Origin: Chloroflexota bacterium
GTDB lineage: Bacteria; Chloroflexota; Anaerolineae; Aggregatilineales; Phototrophicaceae
Reading direction: 5' to 3'
Length of the DNA: 64,000 nt
Assembly: GCA_009841405.1 (NCBI GenBank)
Contig: VXLV01000115.1
Location: 3,630-67,629, forward strand
A program made the position numbers and the translations under genes. Positions 46,939 to 54,127 of the stretch are shown in pieces (position 1 is the stretch's first letter; every line of letters begins with the position of its first letter). The notes beneath the pieces were generated by a model, which saw only the letters and a list, made by a program, of their open reading frames with translations, was not told the DNA's origin and did no database searches.

Positions 46939-48180
46939 ATGGGTCGACTACTCTTCATCAAGACAATCGAAGGCCGGATACTGGCCGGCATCACCATGTT
47001 CGTCGGCATGATGATTTTGGTGGGTTGGGTAGCTATCAACGAAGAAGCTCGGATGCAGTCTTTTGTGCGGCAGCATACCGGTCGATCGATTGAGCGCGGC
47101 GCGGAATTGTACGCTTTGAATTGTTCCGAGTGTCATGGCGAAGAGGGTTTGGGCGCTGGCGATCGCGCGCCTGGCTTGAACAATCCGCATTTCTTCGGTT
47201 ACGACCCGGTTGGCTTGCATACGGCCGCGATCATCAACGCGAATCGGGCGCTGGTGCGCTTGAACAAAGACATCGAAAACTTGCTGACCGAGTTGACGGA
47301 TGCGGATAATCCGCCGGCGGCGGAGCGGCAGGATGAAATCATCACCAAAGTCGCCGAGTTGGAAGCGCAGATTGAAGAGCAGCAACTTGCTATTGAGGCA
47401 GCGGTGGCCGATCGAATCGCTGTCTTGGAATCACTGGATACGGCGGTCGAGAACGGGCTGTTCCCGCTGTGGGATACGGTGGTTGACATCGAAACCACCA
47501 GCCAAAACGAATTAGAAGTCTTCTTCTACAACAATGGGACGCGCCTGGCGCAAGTTGGTTGGGGTGGCGATCTGCGCGGATACATTATCACAACGCTGAT
47601 TCATGGTCGTCCTGGCAGCGGCAACGTCTGGCCCAACAGCGAAGGTATGGCGGCTTGGTCACAGACGGCGGGCGGGCGCTTTCGACAAGACCAGATCGAA
47701 GACCTGGCCGCTTACATCCTCAACTACGACAAGGGCGAAAACTGGACGACCGAGGACTTCCTTGCGGTAGCGCAGTATGGCAAGCCGCTGGCGGATGGCT
47801 CGCTGCCGACGGAGCCGCCGCCACCACCGGCCGGCGACGATGTAGCCGGTATCCTGGCGCGCTGGGCGGACGAAGAAATCGTGGGCAGCCCGGTCAGCGG
47901 AGAAATGCTCTACGATGCCGAATTCGGCTGTACGGATTGCCATCGCAATGGCGCATCGGCCCCGGACACTGTGGGCACATTCGCGCGCATATCGAGCGAA
48001 CGGCTGACGCTGCCGCAATTCGCTGGCTACAGCGTGGAACAGTATCTGGTCGAGAGTATCACGCGGCCGGGCGACTACGTGGTGGACGGTTACAGTTCGG
48101 GCTTGATGCCGGCCAACTTTGGCGTGCGCATGATCGACCAGCAGCTGGCGGACATCGTCAGCTACTTGATGACGCAATAG
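46939..48180 (+). CDS. Membrane-anchored di-heme cytochrome c
   Basis: N-terminal TM helix and two CxxCH motifs (CSECHGEEGLG, CTDCHRNG). They are separated by a predicted helical insertion (ALVRLNKDIENLLTEL...EAQIEEQQLAIEAAV). Confidence 0.8.
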   Translation: MGRLLFIKTIEGRILAGITMFVGMMILVGWVAINEEARMQSFVRQHTGRSIERGAELYALNCSECHGEEGLGAGDRAPGLNNPHFFGYDPVGLHTAAIINANRALVRLNKDIENLLTELTDADNPPAAERQDEIITKVAELEAQIEEQQLAIEAAVADRIAVLESLDTAVENGLFPLWDTVVDIETTSQNELEVFFYNNGTRLAQVGWGGDLRGYIITTLIHGRPGSGNVWPNSEGMAAWSQTAGGRFRQDQIEDLAAYILNYDKGENWTTEDFLAVAQYGKPLADGSLPTEPPPPPAGDDVAGILARWADEEIVGSPVSGEMLYDAEFGCTDCHRNGASAPDTVGTFARISSERLTLPQFAGYSVEQYLVESITRPGDYVVDGYSSGLMPANFGVRMIDQQLADIVSYLMTQ

Positions 48181-48248
48181 CGGGCCAGATTGTGAGACAA
48201 GGCTAAGCCCTCGTTGTCGGGGGCTTTTTGATTTCGCGGGGGCGCAAG

Positions 48249-48938
48249 ATGCGGATAATGCTTTTGACGATTGCGTTGGTTGCGCTGCTGGCGGGGGGCG
48301 GCCAGGCACAAGAAGGGGAGGCGTGCGAGGCCGACGCGCTTTCGCGGCAGCAGGGCGCCTTCGCAGCTTACCTCGCCTTCGACTTCGCCAACGATGCCGA
48401 GCAGTCGCTGGCCAATTTGTTTCGGCTGGGAGCGCTGTATCAGACCCTGGCTTTGGATTGCGGGTATCAGCCGAACGAAGTCGAAATCGACCGCATGCTG
48501 GAGCAGACCATGCGCTTTGTTTCGCTGGACGACCTGATCCTGGCGCAGGCGGTGGGCACGGATCTCGACGCCATCCTTGATGAACTGGAGACAGTATACG
48601 GCGATCCGCTAAACGGGCAATTGCTCTACAACGGATTGACGCCCGCGCTGGGCGGCGGCGAGCTGGGCTGCGCCGGCTGCCACGAGAACGAAGCAGTGGC
48701 GCCGCTAACGGCCGGTACCTGGACGCGGGTGGACGAGATTCGACTGGCCCGGCCCGCCTTCGCCGATTACAGCCATCGCCGGTTTTTGGTGGAGAGCATC
48801 GTCCGGCCGATGGCTTATATCACGCCGGACTACGCGGGCATGATGCCGGAGATTTACGGCCGCCAGCTAACGACCCAGCAATTGGCTGATTTGGTGGCGT
48901 TTCTTGAGAGTCAGGACCAGCTGTTGGGCAGCCCTTAG
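48249..48938 (+). CDS. Secreted mono-heme cytochrome c
   Basis: Signal peptide MRIMLLTIALVALLAGGGQAQE, one CAGCH motif and a C-terminal MMPE Met-ligand region similar to the end of the preceding di-heme protein. Confidence 0.75.
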   Translation: MRIMLLTIALVALLAGGGQAQEGEACEADALSRQQGAFAAYLAFDFANDAEQSLANLFRLGALYQTLALDCGYQPNEVEIDRMLEQTMRFVSLDDLILAQAVGTDLDAILDELETVYGDPLNGQLLYNGLTPALGGGELGCAGCHENEAVAPLTAGTWTRVDEIRLARPAFADYSHRRFLVESIVRPMAYITPDYAGMMPEIYGRQLTTQQLADLVAFLESQDQLLGSP

Positions 48939-49073
48939 CCGAGGCGCGCGCGTACTCGCATGGGCTTATCCGGAAAAACTCATTCAAGGGAGTAGATCTG
49001 GCCAGCTATGCGACAGCAATCTGCCGACCGAAGGCGCGACGCGCTGCCGCCCGCCGATTCAATCAATGTCTGC

Positions 49074-49098
49074 GGGCGTTTCGCCGAAACGCCCCTAC
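49074..49098 (-). repeat. REP-like palindromic element (minus-strand reading GTAG-GGGCGTTT-CGGCG-AAACGCCC)
   Basis: Read directly: 8-bp GC-rich arms plus a flanking CTAC on the plus strand. Intergenic. Confidence 0.7.
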
Positions 49099-49211
49099 AG
49101 TTAGTTGCCCGTACTGGGACGCGCAAAAGTTTACAGAGTTGCTATCGGAAACGTGAAGCGCGGCTGGTACAATGCTGATAAAGTTTGGGCGATATAAATT
49201 TGGGAGCGTTG

Positions 49212-49607
49212 ATGAGCCTAAGAGCTGGCCGAGCCGACAGCCTGATGATACGGCTGCTGCTGGTCAAGCCGGCGGCTGCGCCAGCGTCCGCGGCAGGCGC
49301 GGCGGGAACAGCGCGCAATGCCGAAAACGCGCTGACGCTGTCCCTGGCTTTTTCGGGCGCGCGCTGCATCTTGCAGTATGCCGTTCTGCCCTTTTTGCTT
49401 CCGCTGGTCGGGGTCGCGGCCGATGCTACCGTGCCGATTTTGCTGCTGATTAACTTGGCGGCGATGGCGTCGATTTACTTCAGCTTGCGGCGCTTCTGGA
49501 CGATTGGTTATGCGCATCGCTGGCGTTATCTGGTAGTGGCCGCGGCGGCGCTGGTCTTGCTGGCGGCCTTCACCGCTTATGATATTGTAAAGTTGGGCGC
49601 GTCCTAG
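49212..49607 (+). CDS. Hypothetical small integral membrane protein
   Basis: Three predicted TM helices in the C-terminal two-thirds. GGGAG lies 5 nt before the ATG at 49212, and a TACAAT -10-like box lies at 49168-49173. No family recognised. Confidence 0.45.
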   Translation: MSLRAGRADSLMIRLLLVKPAAAPASAAGAAGTARNAENALTLSLAFSGARCILQYAVLPFLLPLVGVAADATVPILLLINLAAMASIYFSLRRFWTIGYAHRWRYLVVAAAALVLLAAFTAYDIVKLGAS

Positions 49608-49660
49608 CCGCCGGCGCTTGCGGGCGCTGGAGCGGTATCGGGGGCGAATCGGGAGTAGGC

Positions 49661-49879
49661 ATGAAGACTACTGTGGTGTGGAAGAGTAAAATGCGGCTGG
49701 CGCTGCTTCTGGTGATGGTAGTGGCGCAGGCGGGAACGGTCCTGGCGCAAGAAGCTGAGAGCTCGTCGTCGCCGGCAGGCCTGGCGATGCTGGTGCTGTT
49801 TCTGGGCATCGCCGCCATGATTGGCGTGCTGGTGATTCGCTGGAGCCAGTCATCGCGCGACGAAGAGGAGTCCGCCTGA
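49661..49879 (+). CDS. Hypothetical small secreted/membrane protein (72 aa)
   Basis: Signal peptide (MRLALLLVMVVAQAGTVLAQE), a second TM helix and an acidic tail. GGGAG RBS upstream. Confidence 0.45.
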   Translation: MKTTVVWKSKMRLALLLVMVVAQAGTVLAQEAESSSSPAGLAMLVLFLGIAAMIGVLVIRWSQSSRDEEESA

Positions 49880-49904
49880 GTCGCCGCCGGCGACGGAGTC
49901 CCCG

Positions 49905-50435
49905 ATGACGGAATCGAATTGGGAAAAACCCAAGAACCTGGAAAAGCCGAAGCGATCGGAACGCGTCAAGTTTTTGACGGCCGGTCTGATTATCCTGGCG
50001 GCGATTCTATATTTGCTGGTGTCGGGCACTTTGCAGGGCGCGCGTTATTTCATCACGGTGGCGGATCTGCTTGGCGACGCGGCATACGCGGGCCAGACAT
50101 TACGGATTTCTGGCGCGGTTGATGGCGAGACGATCGACTATGACAGCGAAAACGCCGTCATCCAATTCGAGATCGTCCATATCCCCAGCGCCTATCAGGA
50201 CCTGGCGACCGCCTTGCGCGACGCGCTGCAAGACGAAGGCGCGCCGCGTCTGAAGATCGTGGTGAAGGACGCCGCCATGCCGGACCTGCTGCAGCACGAA
50301 GCGCAGGCGATTCTGACCGGCGTATTGGCCGCTGACGGCGTATTCTACGCCACTGAGTTGCTGCTGAAGTGCCCCAGCCGATTTGAAGAGAGCACGGGCC
50401 CCGAAGGCTTAAGTCAGATCCCGGAACATCAGTAA
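49905..50435 (+). CDS. ccmE: Cytochrome c maturation heme chaperone CcmE (Cys/Phe variant)
   Basis: N-terminal TM anchor, an OB-fold region (QTLRISGAVDGETIDYD...) and a heme-attachment region ELLLKCPSRFEE that aligns to the canonical LAKHDENY. Confidence 0.85.
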   Translation: MTESNWEKPKNLEKPKRSERVKFLTAGLIILAAILYLLVSGTLQGARYFITVADLLGDAAYAGQTLRISGAVDGETIDYDSENAVIQFEIVHIPSAYQDLATALRDALQDEGAPRLKIVVKDAAMPDLLQHEAQAILTGVLAADGVFYATELLLKCPSRFEESTGPEGLSQIPEHQ

Positions 50436-52492
50436 TGCTGGCCGAAATTGGGCTGTCCGCGCTGGCCATCGCCTTTGCCCTGGCGGTCTACGCCGCGGCG
50501 GCTTCGGCGCTGGGCGGGCGCAGTCAGCTGGCGCGCTGGCAGCTTAGCGGGCGCAACGCGGCCTTGCTAACCTTCCCGTCCTTGCTGCTGGCCGTGGCGA
50601 TGCTGGTCATCGCGCTGATGACCGAGCAGTATCAGTTGTCTTACGTGTACAGCGTGACCGACCCGCAGACGCCGGCGCTTTACCGTTTCACGGCGCTTTG
50701 GGGCTCACAGCGGGGCTCGTTGCTGTTTTGGTCGCTTTTGATGAGTCTGTTTACAACTGCGGCGATCGCGCTCAACTGGCGCGCTGAACGGCGGTTGATG
50801 CCTTACGCGATCGCGACGATGATGGCGGCCCTGGCCTTTTTTCTGGGCTTGTCGCTTTTTCTGGAGAATCCTTTCGAGCGCTGGTGGCTGCTGCCGGCGG
50901 CGGCGCCGGGCGCGCAGGAAGTTTCCAGCGCGCTGATCCCGCCCCTGGCCGTGGCGCCAAGCGAAGCCGCGCTGCGCGCGGGCGCGCAAGGCCTGAATCC
51001 GCTGCTGCGGCATTTCGGCATGGTGATCCATCCGCCGATGCTGTACCTGGGGTTCGTTGGCTTCACCATTCCCTTCGCCTTTGCCCTGGCAGCGCTGGCG
51101 GCGGGTGAGCTTTCAAGCGGGTGGATCAAAGCGACGCGGCGCTGGTCCTTGATCGCCTGGATCTTCTTGAGCCTGGGGCTGATCCTGGGCGGGCGCTGGG
51201 CTTATGATGTCTTGGGCTGGGGCGGCTATTGGGGCTGGGACCCGGTGGAGAACGCCGCATTCCTGCCCTGGCTGGTGGGCACAGCTTTCATCCACAGCGC
51301 GATGATTCAGGAAAAGCGCGGCATGTTGAAGCTCTGGAATATGCTGCTGGTGATCGCGGCGTTTTCGGCGGTGATGTTCGGCACATTCGCCACGCGCAGC
51401 GGCGTCATCGAGAGCGTGCACAGTTTCGCCCGCAGCGAGGTCGGCTTCCCCATGTTGGCCTTTTGGGCGGTCATGACCCTGGTTGCGCTCGCCCTGCTGC
51501 TGTGGCGCTGGGGGCGGGGAGAATTGCGCGACGAGCGTCAATTCGCCAACTTGCTCAGCCGCGAGTCCTTGTTCGTGCTTAACAATGTAGTTTTTATCGC
51601 CCTGTTCATCGCCATATTCTGGGGCAGCTTCGGCCTGCCAATCGTTTCCGAGTTGATTTTCGACAGAGAAGTGACAATCGGCGCGGAGACCTTCGAGTTT
51701 TTCGTCGTGCCGCTATTCATCGCCATGTACGTTCTGATGGGGGTGGCGCCGCTGTCGGCCTGGGGCGCGACCTCGCTGCCGCGATTGGGCGCCGCCCTGC
51801 GCCCGCCGCTGCTTTTGACGGCGCTGAGCGTCCTGGCGCTGGCGCTCAGCGGGACGAGCCTGCTGACAGCGACAGCCGGTTACGGGGTGGTTCTGTTTGC
51901 CGCTTTTGTCGCGCTGTGCGAGATCTACCGCGGGGCGAAGGCGCGGCGGCGACTGCTGGACGAGAGTTGGCCGCGGGCGCTGCGGGCGCTATTCCGCCGG
52001 AATCAGCGACGCTACGGCGGCTACATCGTGCATCTCGGCGTCACGGTAATCGGCATCGGCGTCATCGGCAGCACGGTCTTTCAGACCGAAGTTCAGCACA
52101 CGCTGGAGCGCGGCGCGTCCGTCGCCGTGCGCGACTACCGCCTGCGCTATGACGACTTCATTCGGGCACGGGCGGTCGATGGGCGCATGATGAATATCAG
52201 CGTTGTGACGCTAAGCCGCGATGGGCGCGAAATCGCCAGGATGCGTCCGCGGATTGACGACTACGAGCAAATGCCGATGACCATCGCCGGCGCGCACAGT
52301 ACGCTCGAGAACGACTTCTATGTGCTGCTGATCGGCGGCGACCGCGAGCGCGCTGTCTTCCGAATTTACATCAATCCGCTGGTGAACCTGGTGTGGTGGG
52401 GCGGGATTCTGCTTATCATCGGCACGATCATCGCCGTCTATCCCAAGGTGACGCCGGCGAGCCGTCAGCGGAAGCGTGAAGCTGATGAGTGA
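50435..52492 (+). CDS. ccmF: Cytochrome c heme lyase subunit CcmF
   Basis: 685-aa polytopic protein with WWD motif WGGYWGWDPVENAAFLPWL. The start shares one nt with the ccmE stop (TAATG). Confidence 0.93.
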   Translation: MLAEIGLSALAIAFALAVYAAAASALGGRSQLARWQLSGRNAALLTFPSLLLAVAMLVIALMTEQYQLSYVYSVTDPQTPALYRFTALWGSQRGSLLFWSLLMSLFTTAAIALNWRAERRLMPYAIATMMAALAFFLGLSLFLENPFERWWLLPAAAPGAQEVSSALIPPLAVAPSEAALRAGAQGLNPLLRHFGMVIHPPMLYLGFVGFTIPFAFALAALAAGELSSGWIKATRRWSLIAWIFLSLGLILGGRWAYDVLGWGGYWGWDPVENAAFLPWLVGTAFIHSAMIQEKRGMLKLWNMLLVIAAFSAVMFGTFATRSGVIESVHSFARSEVGFPMLAFWAVMTLVALALLLWRWGRGELRDERQFANLLSRESLFVLNNVVFIALFIAIFWGSFGLPIVSELIFDREVTIGAETFEFFVVPLFIAMYVLMGVAPLSAWGATSLPRLGAALRPPLLLTALSVLALALSGTSLLTATAGYGVVLFAAFVALCEIYRGAKARRRLLDESWPRALRALFRRNQRRYGGYIVHLGVTVIGIGVIGSTVFQTEVQHTLERGASVAVRDYRLRYDDFIRARAVDGRMMNISVVTLSRDGREIARMRPRIDDYEQMPMTIAGAHSTLENDFYVLLIGGDRERAVFRIYINPLVNLVWWGGILLIIGTIIAVYPKVTPASRQRKREADE

Positions 52493-52549
52493 ATTGATGC
52501 TTGACGCGCGCCCCTGTTTACGTCGCGGGTTCAACCCCTCACCCCCCGG

Positions 52550-52576
52550 CCCCCTCTCCCACAAGGGGAGAGGGGG
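52550..52576. repeat. Perfect 11-bp C/G-run hairpin element (CCCCCTCTCCC-ACAAG-GGGAGAGGGGG)
   Basis: Read directly. Lies between the ccmF stop and the probable ccmH start. No T-tract follows. Confidence 0.85.
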
Positions 52577-52592
52577 AGCAGCACCCGGCGCG

Positions 52593-53144
52593 ATGCCAGG
52601 TACTTTGCGAAGTGGGTGGATTTGCCAAGCGCGTGTCTTCAAACTTGCTAACACGGCGTCATGGCGGTGGACCAGCTTCATGTTGGTCGCGTTTGTCGCC
52701 TTGGCCATTAGTCTTGGCCTTGGGCGGGCGCAGGAGTACCGCGCGAGCGACACCGATGTCATTCGCGTGGCCGAGCGAATGTACTGCCCGGTCTGCGAGA
52801 ATATCCCGCTGGACGAATGCCAGACGACCGCCTGCCTGGAATGGAAAGACGAGATCGCCGCGCAACTGGCCGCCGGGCGCGCGCCGCAGGAGGTAATCAA
52901 CAGCTTTGTCGCGCGCTTCGGCGATCATGTCGTCGGCGTGCCGCAGGATCCGCTGATACGCGCGCTGACCTTTGTTCTGCCGCTGCTGGCGACGTTGATG
53001 GCGCTCGGCGTTGGTCTGCGCGCGTTTCGACAGTTTGCGGGTTCGAAGAAATTGCGCCTGAACGCCGAAGCGACTGGCGCCGACGAACTCAGAGACGCCA
53101 GCTACCGTCAGCGGCTCGAACAAGACCTGCGGGCGATGCGTTGA
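52593..53144 (+). CDS. ccmH: Cytochrome c maturation thiol-reductase CcmH
   Basis: MYCPVCENIPLDEC corresponds to the CcmH (L)RCxxC motif and is followed by a TM helix. Start uncertain: ATG at 52593 or 52680. The 52476 start would translate the hairpin repeat. Confidence 0.85.
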   Translation: MPGTLRSGWICQARVFKLANTASWRWTSFMLVAFVALAISLGLGRAQEYRASDTDVIRVAERMYCPVCENIPLDECQTTACLEWKDEIAAQLAAGRAPQEVINSFVARFGDHVVGVPQDPLIRALTFVLPLLATLMALGVGLRAFRQFAGSKKLRLNAEATGADELRDASYRQRLEQDLRAMR

Positions 53145-53147
53145 GGC

Positions 53148-53735
53148 ATGGCGATGAAGCAACACCAGCCGCTGGATTTCCTGGACGGGGCGCCGGCTAT
53201 GCCCAAGCGCAAGGGATTGAGCTTCGGGTCGCTGGCGGTGCTGGCGGCGGTTGCGCTTCTGGCAATCGTCGTGGCCTTGCAGCTGACGGAGCGGAATCGC
53301 GGGCGGCCGCTGAGCGGGCCGGCGCCGGACTTTGAGCTGACACTATTCGACGGGCGGGAGATCGCGCTAGCGGATTTCCGCGGCCAGGTCGCGCTGGTCA
53401 ATTTCTGGGCCAGTTGGTGCCCGCCCTGCCGCGACGAAGCGCTGGAGCTGCAAGCGCTTTACAGCGATTATCGCGAGGCCGGCTTTACAATCATCGGCGT
53501 GAATATGCTTGAGAGCTCGCCGCAAAAGGCGCTGGACTTTATTGAAGAGTTCGGCATCAGCTATCCCAACGGCGAAGACCGCGAGCAACGCGTGACGAAT
53601 CTCTACCGCGTGGAGGGACCGCCGGAGAGCTTCCTTATCGACCGGGCGGGCAACGTGCGGCAGTTCTATATCGGCAGCGTCCGCTACGATACGGTGAGCA
53701 AGGCCATTGAAGCGCTGTTGGCGGAGGGACGATGA
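53148..53735 (+). CDS. ccmG: Thiol:disulfide oxidoreductase CcmG/DsbE (TlpA/ResA-like)
   Basis: N-terminal anchor plus a thioredoxin fold with NFWASWCPPCRDE. Confidence 0.88.
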   Translation: MAMKQHQPLDFLDGAPAMPKRKGLSFGSLAVLAAVALLAIVVALQLTERNRGRPLSGPAPDFELTLFDGREIALADFRGQVALVNFWASWCPPCRDEALELQALYSDYREAGFTIIGVNMLESSPQKALDFIEEFGISYPNGEDREQRVTNLYRVEGPPESFLIDRAGNVRQFYIGSVRYDTVSKAIEALLAEGR

Positions 53736-54127
53736 GCGTCGCGGGTTTGCTGATTTCGCTGCTGCTGGGGCTGATTGCCGTCGCGATTGTGGCGCGTCCG
53801 CTTTACAGCGCGGCGCCGAGCAGTGTTGACGCTACGACAGATGATCAGAAGGAGCGCGCGCGCAATTATTATGAGCGCGTCTTGGTCAATATCCGTGACC
53901 TGGACGAAGACTTGGCGACGGGCAAGATCATCGAAGCCGATCACGGTCGAGAGCGGGCAGTTTGGGTGCAACGCGGCATTGCGCTATTGCGGCTGCAAGA
54001 CCAGCTGGCGGCGCAGCGCGCTACCTCAGACGCGGCAAACATCAGAGATATCGACGCGCTCATCGAGGCGGCGGTAGCGGCGCATCGCGAAGACGAGGAA
54101 GCGGCTCAAGGCGAGAGGCTCAGGTGA
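53732..54127 (+). CDS. Small membrane-anchored protein resembling the N-terminal module of CcmI (no TPR domain)
   Basis: TM helix ending ...ARPLY, then RNYYERVLVNIRDLDEDLATGKIIEADHGRERAVWVQRGIALL. This pattern resembles the CcmI N-terminus (YRDQL-EL-RD---G-I). ATGA-coupled on both sides. Confidence 0.5.
   Translation: MSVAGLLISLLLGLIAVAIVARPLYSAAPSSVDATTDDQKERARNYYERVLVNIRDLDEDLATGKIIEADHGRERAVWVQRGIALLRLQDQLAAQRATSDAANIRDIDALIEAAVAAHREDEEAAQGERLR

Noticed and set aside
52476-52592. The 5' 39 codons of the ccmH ORF (MKLMSELMLDARPCLRRGFNPSPPGPLSHKGRGG...)
   Set aside because: This segment is the translation of the C/G-run hairpin element and overlaps the ccmF 3' end. CcmH-like sequence with a signal-type hydrophobic segment starts later.
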